Shown here: one piece after another, positions 7,227 to 16,713 of the stretch
Numbering within the stretch: the first letter of the stretch is position 1
Layout: the number at the start of each line of letters is the position of its first letter
IMG/VR virus record: IMGVR_UViG_3300032294_002964
Location: 1 to 64,000 of that record
Length of the DNA: 64,000 nucleotides
Origin: a virus
Direction: 5' to 3' (one strand)
Translations under genes and position numbers: made by a program
Notes under the pieces: generated by a model
The model's input: only the letters and a program-made list of their open reading frames with translations
Told to the model about the DNA's origin: nothing
Database searches by the model: none

Positions 7227-9464
7227 ATGAAATACATATTTACATTTATTTTAACACTGATAACATTTTCAGTTTTTTCACAAATTGATACCACTGTACT
7301 TCCACTAAGTACAGATAGTCTCAAACTATTAACTCTGGTTGATTCTTCTTCATTACCGGCTATTGAGATTGTTGGTATTCGTAGTAATCCTACTGATCCG
7401 ATTACTACAACAAGGATTAATATGGATTCAGTTAGATTCACTTATCAAGGTGGTGATCCATTTTTTACCATTAACCAATGGTCTCCTAATGTTCTTACAC
7501 AATCAGATAATGGTTCTCAATATGGATATTCATATATGAGAATTCGCGGATTTGATCAAACTAAAATTAATTTTACACTTAATGGAATCCCATTAAATGA
7601 AATGGAAGACCAAGGTATCTACTTTAGTAATATGCCTGGTTTTTTAAATAACATTTCTAATATACAAGTTACTCGTGGTATTGGCACATCTCAATATGGA
7701 ACAACATCTATTGGTGGTTCCGTTAATATGGAGACGATATCTCCACTACAACGGTCTTTAAGGTTTAATCTTAATCAAGGTTCTTTTAATAATAAACAAA
7801 CATCCATTATCTACAATAGTGGATTTTTAGGTAAGTCTAAATTTGCTTTTAGCTCAAATGTATCTTATTTAGCTACTGATGGATTTAGAGATAATACTCA
7901 ATCTGAAGGATTTAATTACTTTGGACAAGTTGGATATTTCTCCCGAAAAAATACGGTAAGACTATATGGATTTACTGGTATGGCAAAGAATAATCTTTCT
8001 TGGCAACCCGTTTCTCGAAATGGATATAATGTGTATTCATACGGATTTGATACACTTGGTAATTATACAACATTCGATAATGTTAACTACTTTCAAAATG
8101 GTACAAATCAAAATTATAGAACTAATGCTAATGGTAATATAGAACGTGATCGATTCAATCAAAATTTTGTGGCACTTAATTGGATAAATTATGCAAAATC
8201 AAACTTGAAGTATAACTCCTCACTTTATTTTATAAATATTAATGGATCTTACAATACAAGAGAACCTTATCATCTCAGAGGACTGGTTGTAGACAATGAA
8301 ATTATTGGTGATGAATTTTATCCTGAAATATTCAAATATAGTTTGAACTCATACCAATTTGGTGGTATGTCTAATATGGTTTATAATTGGGGTGGATTTA
8401 CATTTAATACAGGCCTTAACTATAATAATTATAGACGAGAGCATAGAAGAGGATTTTACGACAGACCAATGTCTTTTGATAGTACTCAATACTATGTTAA
8501 TACTGGATTTAAAAATGATCTTATTACATACTCAAAAATTAACTATCAGTGTAATAAGTTTAACTATTTTATTGATCTTCAATATCGAAATGTCACATTT
8601 AAATATTTAGATAATAAGTCTGGATTTGAAAAAGATTATACTGCTGAAATTTTATATCATCAATGGAATTTCTTTAACCCCAAAGCTGGTGTAAAGTTAA
8701 TTGATAGTGACTATGAGGCATGGATATCATTTGGCAAAACAAGTAGAGAAGTAACACGAACTGATCTATTTTATGGATATGATGATGTCGATATAAATAA
8801 TGGTGTTGTTTCTAATCCTCTACAGGGTAATATTACACTGAATTTTACACCAGAACAGATTTATGATGCTGAAATTGGACATAAACTAAAGTTCCGTAAT
8901 TTAGACCTATCATATAACTTTTATTATATGTTAACTCAAAATGAGAGACTTAATAACGGTACCTATAATGAAATAGGTATGCCACTAAAGTCTATTATGG
9001 ATAGAGTTGAAAGAAAAGGATTTGAACTAGAATCTAACTACAATTATAAAAAACTAAAAGTATCGGTAAATGGATCTTACTCATTGAATAATATATTCAC
9101 AGATAGTCCAGTGATTACTGTACCGGCGAATACACCAACTTATATGTTAAATCATTCAGTTTCATACGGTAGAAAATGGATGGTTTCTGTAAATGGTAGT
9201 TTGATGTCGAGAATTTACTTAGATAACACAAATGATAAAAACTATTCAACACCACAGTATTACATAATGAACTTTATTGGTTCATATAATTGTGATAGAG
9301 TTAGACTATCATTCACTATCAATAACATCTTGAATAAGAGATACTTTTTACCTGGTGGAATTATCAACAATTCAACACCAAATGGTATTGATAAGATTGC
9401 TGGATTTTATCCAGGTATGACACGAAGCTACTTTGTAAACGCTACATTTGACCTATGGAAATAA
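7227..9464 (+). CDS. TonB-dependent outer-membrane receptor (Bacteroidetes vitamin-uptake type)
   Basis: Signal peptide; plug motif MRIRGFDQTKINFTLNGIPLN..IQVTRG.G.S.YG..SIGGSVN; beta-barrel C-terminus NNILNKRY...R.YFVNATFDL. Confidence 0.9.
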   Translation: MKYIFTFILTLITFSVFSQIDTTVLPLSTDSLKLLTLVDSSSLPAIEIVGIRSNPTDPITTTRINMDSVRFTYQGGDPFFTINQWSPNVLTQSDNGSQYGYSYMRIRGFDQTKINFTLNGIPLNEMEDQGIYFSNMPGFLNNISNIQVTRGIGTSQYGTTSIGGSVNMETISPLQRSLRFNLNQGSFNNKQTSIIYNSGFLGKSKFAFSSNVSYLATDGFRDNTQSEGFNYFGQVGYFSRKNTVRLYGFTGMAKNNLSWQPVSRNGYNVYSYGFDTLGNYTTFDNVNYFQNGTNQNYRTNANGNIERDRFNQNFVALNWINYAKSNLKYNSSLYFININGSYNTREPYHLRGLVVDNEIIGDEFYPEIFKYSLNSYQFGGMSNMVYNWGGFTFNTGLNYNNYRREHRRGFYDRPMSFDSTQYYVNTGFKNDLITYSKINYQCNKFNYFIDLQYRNVTFKYLDNKSGFEKDYTAEILYHQWNFFNPKAGVKLIDSDYEAWISFGKTSREVTRTDLFYGYDDVDINNGVVSNPLQGNITLNFTPEQIYDAEIGHKLKFRNLDLSYNFYYMLTQNERLNNGTYNEIGMPLKSIMDRVERKGFELESNYNYKKLKVSVNGSYSLNNIFTDSPVITVPANTPTYMLNHSVSYGRKWMVSVNGSLMSRIYLDNTNDKNYSTPQYYIMNFIGSYNCDRVRLSFTINNILNKRYFLPGGIINNSTPNGIDKIAGFYPGMTRSYFVNATFDLWK

Positions 9465-9991
9465 TAGCAGTTATATTTAGTCTTTTATCAGTGTGGCTAA
9501 CATCAAAGAATAATATTTGGTGTTGGCCGATTGGTATTGTAGGAGTTTTAGGATTTGCTTATCTTTTTTATACGAAAGGTGAGTGGGGTAATTTAGTTCT
9601 ACAGTTTATATTTTTATCACAATCAATAGATGGTTGGATTAATTGGAATAAACCAAGTACAAAAGTATCTAAGATAAGGAAAAATGAGTTGTATAGTCAT
9701 ATAATGGGTCTAATTGTATTAGGTACTGTTATATCAATAATAACAACAATTTCAGGAAGTACTCATGTTGTATTAGATAGCATAACAACTACTCTAAGTA
9801 TTGCGGGGATGTTCTTACTAATACACAAAAACTTAGAGGCTTGGTATCTTTGGATAGTGGCTGATATTTTATATGTGGTTTTATTTTTAAAAAATGAACT
9901 TTACCTATCATCTTTAGTATATTTTGTGTTTACTATACTAGCATATTATGGATATAAAAACTGGAAAAAACAATTAAAAAATGGGATTTAA
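9455..9991 (+). CDS. pnuC: Nicotinamide riboside transporter PnuC
   Basis: NIWCWPIGIV, GWINW, LDS.TT.LSI, EAWYLWIVAD and YYGYKNW; multi-TM. Confidence 0.9.
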   Translation: MEIIAVIFSLLSVWLTSKNNIWCWPIGIVGVLGFAYLFYTKGEWGNLVLQFIFLSQSIDGWINWNKPSTKVSKIRKNELYSHIMGLIVLGTVISIITTISGSTHVVLDSITTTLSIAGMFLLIHKNLEAWYLWIVADILYVVLFLKNELYLSSLVYFVFTILAYYGYKNWKKQLKNGI

Positions 9992-10223
9992 AAAGAAAAT
10001 TAAAGGACTTGATGAAGATCAAATTAAACTCTTTGTTAAAAGATCAATTGTTGATGGAACATCAACTAAAATTTTAAAATCAAAGACTCTAAAAGAGTCT
10101 GAATATTTACAACAAGTTGTTTTAGAGGCAACTGATGAAATTGGTGACCTAATAGATTCTTTAAAAGAAAGATTTGACTCACCAAAAGAGGTATTAAAAT
10201 ATTTAAATAAAAGTTTAAAATAA
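9981..10223 (+). CDS. Hypothetical protein
   Basis: Translationally coupled ORF within the operon. Confidence 0.5.
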   Translation: MGFKKKIKGLDEDQIKLFVKRSIVDGTSTKILKSKTLKESEYLQQVVLEATDEIGDLIDSLKERFDSPKEVLKYLNKSLK

Positions 10224-10444
10224 TGAAAGTAAACTATCCACAACCTGGTAGAAAATACAATCACTATAAAGGTGGGCTATATCAGGTACTATTTTTATCA
10301 AAACAAACTGAAACTGGTGAAGTTTTAGTAAACTATCAATCTTTACTATTTGGATCTTACTTCTCAAGACCTTTAGATTCTTGGAATGAACTAACTCCAG
10401 ATGGTGAAGTTAGATTTATTCTTATAGAAGATGAAAAGGTTTAA
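10223..10444 (+). CDS. DUF1653-family protein
   Basis: G.KY.HYKG..Y.V......ET.E..V.YQ.L......RP.....E......RF signature. Confidence 0.8.
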   Translation: MKVNYPQPGRKYNHYKGGLYQVLFLSKQTETGEVLVNYQSLLFGSYFSRPLDSWNELTPDGEVRFILIEDEKV

Positions 10445-11429
10445 AAATGGTTTAGTATTAGGTAAAATGTATCCTTTTACAAAGGGTCACCAGTATCTTA
10501 TTGATACTGCGATATCTAATGCTGAAACAGTTCATGTTATCATCACACATAACCTTTCACAATCTATTCCAGGTGAAGTGAGATATAATGCAATAAAAGA
10601 GACATATAAAAATAATCATAATGTAAAAGTCTATTCAATATCGGACGAAGGTATTCCAGCTTATGATTATGAGTGTGAGACATTAGAAGAGTTTTACTCA
10701 TACTGGGTACCACTTGTATATTCACAAGTTGAATACTTAGATGTCGTATTTACATCTGAAAATTACGGAGAAGACTTTGCTAAATATTTAGGGATTGAAC
10801 ATTTCTTAGTTGATAAAGATAGAACTCATGTTCCAATATCTGGCACTCTTGTTAGAGAAGATCCACATAAACATTGGGACTATATTGCAGATTCTATGAA
10901 ACCATATTTTGTTAAAAGAATTGCTATCATGGGACCAGAGTCTGTTGGTAAGTCAACATTAGCTAAAAATGTTTCTAATACTTTAGGAACTAATTTTGTA
11001 CCAGAGTATGGAAGATTAGTTTATGAAATTAATAATTCAGTGACTATTGATGATTTCATTCCAATCTCAATAGGTCGTCAAGAAATTGAAGACTGGATGA
11101 TAAAACACTCAAAAAAATTCATAATTTGTGATACAGAGGATATAACGACATATCTTTTTTCAAAGATGTATTGTCCTGATGAATATAAAAAAGTCGAACC
11201 ATACTTCTTAAATTTGCTTGAATCGAAGTCTAAATATGATCTTTACATCTTATTAAAACCAGATTGTGAAGGTGTTCAAGATGGAACAAGAAACTTTTTA
11301 GAAGAAAGATGGGATCACTATGAAGTAATAAAATCTGAATTAATCAATCGAGGTTGTAATTTCGTAGAGATCGGTGGAGATTGGATTGAAAGGAGTAAAA
11401 AATCATTAAGACTAATCAATGATTTATAA
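10431..11429 (+). CDS. nadR: NadR-type NMN adenylyltransferase / ribosylnicotinamide kinase (no HTH)
   Basis: GKMYPFTKGH (HxGH-like), VFTSE.YG and ISGT.VR; second domain GPESVGKSTL, EYGR and CDT. Confidence 0.9.
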   Translation: MKRFKNGLVLGKMYPFTKGHQYLIDTAISNAETVHVIITHNLSQSIPGEVRYNAIKETYKNNHNVKVYSISDEGIPAYDYECETLEEFYSYWVPLVYSQVEYLDVVFTSENYGEDFAKYLGIEHFLVDKDRTHVPISGTLVREDPHKHWDYIADSMKPYFVKRIAIMGPESVGKSTLAKNVSNTLGTNFVPEYGRLVYEINNSVTIDDFIPISIGRQEIEDWMIKHSKKFIICDTEDITTYLFSKMYCPDEYKKVEPYFLNLLESKSKYDLYILLKPDCEGVQDGTRNFLEERWDHYEVIKSELINRGCNFVEIGGDWIERSKKSLRLINDL

Positions 11430-11703
11430 AGATAAAATAAAATGCTTTTTCGGATTTCATGATTGGGAATATTCTACTTGGGAAAGTGAAAAGTACTCCA
11501 TCACTACAAAATCTGATATGAGTCATATTAATGAATTACTTGAAAGACAATATCACTATCCATCCAGGTTTTGTCAATGTTGCTATAAAAAACAAAGAAG
11601 ACATATAGTTGACCTTGGTAGGACTATCTTATGGAGAGATACCGATAAATTAACATTAAAAGAAATAAGACAAAAAAAATTAAAAAAAATATTAAATGAG
11701 TAG
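11419..11703 (+). CDS. Hypothetical protein (C..G.H.W / CxxC) with C-terminal RxxKLxxIL motif
   Basis: CFFGFHDW...RFCQCC; ends EIRQKKLKKILNE. Confidence 0.55.
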   Translation: MIYKDKIKCFFGFHDWEYSTWESEKYSITTKSDMSHINELLERQYHYPSRFCQCCYKKQRRHIVDLGRTILWRDTDKLTLKEIRQKKLKKILNE

Positions 11704-12097
11704 CGAAGAACTTTTTATAATTATGGTATTTTTTATATTTATGTTCTCATTTTTATTCTTATTGAGATATTTTGTAGTTAAAAATAGTGCTTCAGCATCT
11801 TACATCACAAAAAGAAGATGGAAGAATATTAACTGGAGAGTAATTTTCAAATATTGGACAATTTGTCAAGGATTTATGATCATTTCCAGAATAGGTGAGA
11901 TTTGGGAAAATATCTACCTTATTATTTTAACACCAATACTTTTAATTACATTCTTACTTTTTTTCTATCTTACACATAATGTCGGTCCAGTTAAAGAGTA
12001 TGGTGAAGAACAAATATTAGATCAAGAAGATTTTCAGAACTATGAAAAGTCGTTTAATCGTCAAAAGAAAATAGATAAAATCATCAAGAGATTTTAA
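11696..12097 (+). CDS. Membrane protein
   Basis: Three hydrophobic segments; ends RQKKIDKIIKRF. Confidence 0.55.
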   Translation: MSSEELFIIMVFFIFMFSFLFLLRYFVVKNSASASYITKRRWKNINWRVIFKYWTICQGFMIISRIGEIWENIYLIILTPILLITFLLFFYLTHNVGPVKEYGEEQILDQEDFQNYEKSFNRQKKIDKIIKRF

Positions 12098-12123
12098 TAT
12101 ATAAAAGAAATTATCACCTCAGT

Positions 12124-12420
12124 ATGGGACAATTACATGACAGTCAACAAGAAGAACTTTTAGCAAAATTAGCAGGTTTTTATAGAAGAAGATATCCTAA
12201 TCAGTCAGATTTTGAAAAAAAATTCAACGATGCTGCTGAAGATCTAATTGATACTGGTGATATTGAAAGAACAGTATATTTAACTTTTTGCACTGAGAAT
12301 GATATCGAACCTAAGATTAAAAAGAAATCATCATCTTCTTCATCAAGTAGTTCATCTAGCTCATACTACGATAGTGGATGTGGAGGTGGAGGTAGAGGAT
12401 ATAGCAGACCATCTTGTTAA
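12124..12420 (+). CDS. Small protein with poly-Ser linker and Gly/Cys-rich C-terminal peptide (possible RiPP-like precursor)
   Basis: Ends in a poly-Ser run then YYDSGCGGGGRGYSRPSC; directly upstream of the radical SAM gene; AATATATA at 12096-12103. Confidence 0.6.
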   Translation: MGQLHDSQQEELLAKLAGFYRRRYPNQSDFEKKFNDAAEDLIDTGDIERTVYLTFCTENDIEPKIKKKSSSSSSSSSSSSYYDSGCGGGGRGYSRPSC

Positions 12421-12431
12421 TAAATAAATTT

Positions 12432-13334
12432 ATGTTAGAGAGTATAGATCTTTTTGGTAAAAACATACCATTAAAAACTCATGTCTGTCACTTATTTGGC
12501 CAAGATGCTCAAGAGGTTGAAGAACCGTATGTTCATCTTTATATAAGAACAAAATTTTGTAATGCTAAGTGTCAGTTCTGCACTTATGCTGACGATGCTA
12601 ATAAATTTAATGAAAAGAGACTTATAGAGATTTTTAATGAAGTAACTTCTAAAATTAAAATTTCTAAGGTCGCTGTATCTGGTGGTGAGCCAACTTTATA
12701 TTGGGATAACTTTCAAACAATCACACATCTTGCAAAAGAATGGGCACCTAAAGCTGAGCTATCTATGAATACTGATGGTTTTAGATGGAGACAATTTTTA
12801 GAAGATCCAATTTCTAAATTATACGACTATATTCAATTATCGAGACATCACTATGATGATAAATTAAATGATGAAATTTTTAGAACTAAAACACCAACTT
12901 CAGAAGAGATAAAAGATATTGCTGAGAATTATGCAAGAGATATTCATCAGATTCAATTTAGATGTAATCTAATTAAAGGATATATTGATAATAAAGAAGA
13001 GGTTTTTAAATTCTTAGACTGGGCAAACTCAGTTAGTATTAATGATGTTGGACTTGTATCTTTAATGCCGGTTAACGATTACTCAAAAGAAAAATTTATC
13101 TATTTTCATATTAAAGAGTTAATAGGTGATAACTTTTTATTAACTAAAACTTGGAATAGATATGGTGGTGGTTGTGAGTGTTTTAACTATGTTTATATGC
13201 CACCAGAAGATCAATTTAGAAGACCAATTCGTGTATATCATAAAAACACATTTAAACCATCTGATGTAAGAGAAACATTAGTATTTGATGGTTATAATTT
13301 GAGATTAGGATTTGATGGTGAGATTATTTATTAA
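12432..13334 (+). CDS. Radical SAM enzyme
   Basis: CNAKCQFC (CxxxCxxC), SGGEPTL, NTDG and LSRHH. Confidence 0.9.
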   Translation: MLESIDLFGKNIPLKTHVCHLFGQDAQEVEEPYVHLYIRTKFCNAKCQFCTYADDANKFNEKRLIEIFNEVTSKIKISKVAVSGGEPTLYWDNFQTITHLAKEWAPKAELSMNTDGFRWRQFLEDPISKLYDYIQLSRHHYDDKLNDEIFRTKTPTSEEIKDIAENYARDIHQIQFRCNLIKGYIDNKEEVFKFLDWANSVSINDVGLVSLMPVNDYSKEKFIYFHIKELIGDNFLLTKTWNRYGGGCECFNYVYMPPEDQFRRPIRVYHKNTFKPSDVRETLVFDGYNLRLGFDGEIIY

Positions 13335-13606
13335 ACCTCATCCATAAATAATTCTTCTAAGTAATCAATTACTTCCATATATCCATCATAAAGACCACAC
13401 TTCTCATCTAAGTAGGCAGCAATTTCGTGAGACTTCTGTTCAACAGACAAACCATCATTATTAGCGATTTCTGAGAATCTTGATTTCAAATCTTCACGAC
13501 CATCATATAGATCAAAATCTTTATCTGATAACCATTTTGTGAATTTATCCCAGTGTGATTCATAACCGTGTGAATCGAACTCCTCGTATATTCTTAAATA
13601 TTTCAT
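13331..13606 (-). CDS. Putative internal virion protein (capsid-targeting-like N-terminus)
   Basis: Starts MKYLRIYEEF. Confidence 0.55.
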   Translation of the reverse strand: MKYLRIYEEFDSHGYESHWDKFTKWLSDKDFDLYDGREDLKSRFSEIANNDGLSVEQKSHEIAAYLDEKCGLYDGYMEVIDYLEELFMDEV

Positions 13607-13608
13607 AG

Positions 13609-13938
13609 TTAGTAAAACTTTATTTCATTTTTAAAACTACCTATAGTTTCTTTATCATCTATTAATCTAACGGATAAAACATTTAATTTTGGTTTAGGCT
13701 CAAATGCTTCAACCTTTTCATACCATAAATCAATAAAATCATCTTGAGCATTCTGCTCGCTATTTGAAGATATTAAATACTCATAGTTTTGAGATGTCCA
13801 TTTTTTTGAATATTTACTCTGGTACCAATCTTCTTCTTTAGCTTCAAAATTAGTAACATTATATGTTACTAAATACTTTGAAAGTTTTTTACTTTTAAAG
13901 AAGGAGAAAAGTCCTTCAAATGTTTTTAAATGTTTCAT
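13609..13938 (-). CDS. Putative internal virion protein
   Basis: Starts MKHLKTFEG. Confidence 0.55.
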   Translation of the reverse strand: MKHLKTFEGLFSFFKSKKLSKYLVTYNVTNFEAKEEDWYQSKYSKKWTSQNYEYLISSNSEQNAQDDFIDLWYEKVEAFEPKPKLNVLSVRLIDDKETIGSFKNEIKFY

Positions 13939-13956
13939 AATTAATCTTCACTTTCT

Positions 13957-14595
13957 TCACTTTTCTGACTGAGCTAATGATATAAATGCTGGTATGAAAA
14001 TTATTAATCTTTTATCAATACTACTATTTATATTAACCTCCCAAGAGTCTCCTATGGATAGATATGCTTTACTCATTTTAATCTGGCCACCACTCATATC
14101 TGATATATCTACATTTGTAGTAAAGAAATCTAGTTTATCTGATTTACCAATCACTTTTCCACTAGCATCTTTAATCGAATATTTGGAATATATAGAAAAC
14201 ATTGATTCAATTATTTCTTGTTCTACACTTCCTATTTTATTACCACTCTCATCGGATATATTTATAACAGTTCCTAAACTAAAAACCTCTTGTTTAGCGG
14301 TTGCTTTTAACTTTCCACTCTGATCAAAATATTCAAATTTATTTCCAAAACTAAGAGTTCTTTGTTCTACTCTACCACCGGTTGATATTTGCATATCCAT
14401 TCCGATGGCAAGTAACTCTTGATCCATCGTAAAAGAATTACTATTTCTCGATTCTTCACTTTTAGTTTTATCTTGGTAATTTGGTGATGGGTCACATCCA
14501 ACCAATCCTGTAGCAAGTGCACCTCCGACAAGAGCACCTTTCCAATTTACTTCTTCATCTATTGAATATGACTTATATGTTTTTAAATGCTTCAT
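13957..14595 (-). CDS. LURP-one/scramblase (tubby C-terminal-like) domain protein with CTS-like leader and lipobox-like segment
   Basis: Repeated 'I.D..G..IG.V' units typical of LURP-one; MKHLKTYKSYSIDEE followed by GALVGGALATGLVGC. Confidence 0.65.
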   Translation of the reverse strand: MKHLKTYKSYSIDEEVNWKGALVGGALATGLVGCDPSPNYQDKTKSEESRNSNSFTMDQELLAIGMDMQISTGGRVEQRTLSFGNKFEYFDQSGKLKATAKQEVFSLGTVINISDESGNKIGSVEQEIIESMFSIYSKYSIKDASGKVIGKSDKLDFFTTNVDISDMSGGQIKMSKAYLSIGDSWEVNINSSIDKRLIIFIPAFISLAQSEK

Positions 14596-14602
14596 TTTTT
14601 AA

Positions 14603-14959
14603 TTATCTTTTATATGGTTCAACTGAAAGAACCTCAACTTTTGAATCATCTTTAACTGCAACTATACAATCACAATCTACCTTACCACATTCCATTTCTG
14701 ATTTTTGAACATCGATATTAGATGAATCACATTTAGCTGTGATTAAATACAATTCACTTCCTTTATTTTCTAAGAAGTCTGGATTAACTTTTTCTCTATC
14801 AGAGAAATAAAACTCACCTGGCTCAGACAAATCAACAACTGAATGAGATGTTAGTCTATAAAGCATAACCTCACCTGTTAGTTCTGCAGCCTTACATAAA
14901 GAAGGAGATTCAGTATTTTCATTAATTTTAAAATTTTTAAATGAATTGATAATTTTCAT
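14603..14959 (-). CDS. Putative internal virion protein
   Basis: Start MKIINSFKNFKINE at 14959, downstream of the AATATATA motif (14979-14986). Confidence 0.55.
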   Translation of the reverse strand: MKIINSFKNFKINENTESPSLCKAAELTGEVMLYRLTSHSVVDLSEPGEFYFSDREKVNPDFLENKGSELYLITAKCDSSNIDVQKSEMECGKVDCDCIVAVKDDSKVEVLSVEPYKR

Positions 14960-15037
14960 ATTATGATTTAGTTTTCTGTATATATTAAAAAAATGTTCCA
15001 ATAAATGAACTTTGATAAAAATAATAGTATAACATAT

Positions 15038-15132
15038 ATGTTGTTTGTTTGTGAGTTCAAAAACATTATTTTGTTATCTTCTTCTCAAAGAAATTGAACT
15101 CACGTAGAAAACCCCTTTTAAAGGGGTTTTTT
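15038..15132 (+). ncRNA. Candidate small structured RNA / leader upstream of mgtC
   Basis: 10-bp perfect stem GTGAGTTCAA (15051-15060)/TTGAACTCAC (15094-15103), followed by a terminator and preceded by GAACTTT-N14-TATAA. Confidence 0.4.
15108..15132 (+). terminator. Intrinsic terminator
   Basis: AAAACCCCTT-TTA-AAGGGGTTTTTT. Confidence 0.75.
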
Positions 15133-15153
15133 ATTTTTATAAATAAAATAGAT

Positions 15154-15609
15154 ATGAACTTTGATCCAGAATTTTTACCACTAATTACATTACTATTACC
15201 AAAGGTCCTAATTGCCACTATATGTGGATTAATAATTGGATATGACCGTGAAATTAAACAAAAAGTTGCCGGTATTAGAACCAATATATTAATATGTGTT
15301 GGTTGTACAATACTAACTGCAACATCTTTCTATTTAGCAAAAGATAATCCTGCTATTGATCCAACACGAATCATCGGTCAAATTATTACCGGAATCGGAT
15401 TTTTAGGAGCAGGTGTTATTATGAAGAACGATGATAAAATTGTTGGAGTTACAACTGCTGCTTTTATCTGGGTTATTAGTTCTATAGGAATTTTAATAGC
15501 GTGTATAGATTCTTTTTCCACTCCTATAATTTTAACTATTGGATTATTAATAATTAGCCGTATATTTGAAAAAGTAGAAACATATATAAAAACTAAAAAT
15601 AAAGAATGA
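15154..15609 (+). CDS. MgtC/SapB family membrane protein
   Basis: IG.DRE....AGIRT, DPTRIIGQIITGIGFLGAG.I and GVTTAA.IW. Confidence 0.9.
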   Translation: MNFDPEFLPLITLLLPKVLIATICGLIIGYDREIKQKVAGIRTNILICVGCTILTATSFYLAKDNPAIDPTRIIGQIITGIGFLGAGVIMKNDDKIVGVTTAAFIWVISSIGILIACIDSFSTPIILTIGLLIISRIFEKVETYIKTKNKE

Positions 15610-16115
15610 AACTTGAAATCGAGCGCAAATTTCTCTTGAAATCTTTACCAGAGATTGAACCAGAACAAATCGTTGAGATTGAACAATTTTATTTTAAAAA
15701 TCAAAGTGGAGTCTGGGAAAGAGCTCGAAGTTGGTTTTCATCAAATGGTGAGAAACGGTATATTCATACTGTAAAAAAATCTGTTTCTAAAAGTGTCAAT
15801 ATTGAAGATGAGCACGACTTGTCTGAAAAACAATTTAAGTCATTTAGAGATAAGTGTTATAAAACTCCTAATGAGTCTAAGTATATAAGAAAAACTAGAC
15901 ACATTTACAAAGATGGTGATCTTAAATGGGAAATTGACGAATTCAATAATGACTATAAGTTGATTATTGCTGAGATTGAAATTCCAACAAAAGATTATGA
16001 AGTTATAATTCCGGACTACCTAAAAGAATTAGTATTGATTGAAGTAACTGGAATGAAACCATTTAGTAATCGTAGTCTATCTTTAAAAATAAAAAAACTA
16101 GCGAATGTACAATAA
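15606..16115 (+). CDS. CYTH-domain protein (adenylate cyclase/triphosphatase-like)
   Basis: EIERKFL, K.R, WEIDEF, IAEIE and EVTG...SN..L. Confidence 0.85.
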   Translation: MKLEIERKFLLKSLPEIEPEQIVEIEQFYFKNQSGVWERARSWFSSNGEKRYIHTVKKSVSKSVNIEDEHDLSEKQFKSFRDKCYKTPNESKYIRKTRHIYKDGDLKWEIDEFNNDYKLIIAEIEIPTKDYEVIIPDYLKELVLIEVTGMKPFSNRSLSLKIKKLANVQ

Positions 16116-16713
16116 TAATTTAGAATTAAGAATGTATGGATTAGTTCCATACCAACTTATGGGAATACAACAAGGTATTCAATATGGACACGCAACTGAT
16201 GAATTTGCTCTAAGAGTTATTAAATCTCTAATGGGTAAGAGTAACGAAATACCTACAAAAGATATTGAGACATATGTTGACTGGTTAGAAAACTGGAAAA
16301 CATATATCGTACTAAATGGTGGTACTACCAATAACAGAATTGAAAATGGATCATACGTTGGAACCCTAAATAATCACAGGGAGACATTAGATAAAAATGG
16401 TGTTTTTAATGTTTCATTTAATGAGCCAGATTTAGGTGATCAATTAACTGGTGTTGTTTTCATTGTGGATGAAAGAGTCTTTTTAAAGAGTAAAAGAGAT
16501 AAGTATGTTTATTTAGATTTTGAAGATTGGGTATTTGAAAATCCTAATCATTATATTTCCACTCTCAAGAGAACCGATAAATGGATAATTAAATCACTTA
16601 GAGAAAACACTAAAAAAACAGATCCAGATTATTATAATAAATGGGTTGAGTATATGGGTGGTGAAAAGAATGTCTTTTTACGAGACTTTCTAAAAGATTT
16701 TAGATTGGCTTAA
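16105..16713 (+). CDS. PTH2-like peptidyl-tRNA hydrolase
   Basis: MYGLV......G.Q.GHA, W...KT.IVL and F.EPDL...LT.V match the PTH2 fold pattern. Confidence 0.6.
   Translation: MYNNNLELRMYGLVPYQLMGIQQGIQYGHATDEFALRVIKSLMGKSNEIPTKDIETYVDWLENWKTYIVLNGGTTNNRIENGSYVGTLNNHRETLDKNGVFNVSFNEPDLGDQLTGVVFIVDERVFLKSKRDKYVYLDFEDWVFENPNHYISTLKRTDKWIIKSLRENTKKTDPDYYNKWVEYMGGEKNVFLRDFLKDFRLA

Noticed and set aside
7200-7230. TPP or other riboswitch before the TonB receptor-pnuC genes
   Set aside because: Only about 9 nt separate it from the upstream gene, leaving no room, and there is no aptamer motif.
14603-14959. ADP-ribosyltransferase fold suggested by LYR and later aromatic/Ser and Glu residues
   Set aside because: The motif match is too weak to call without a structure search.
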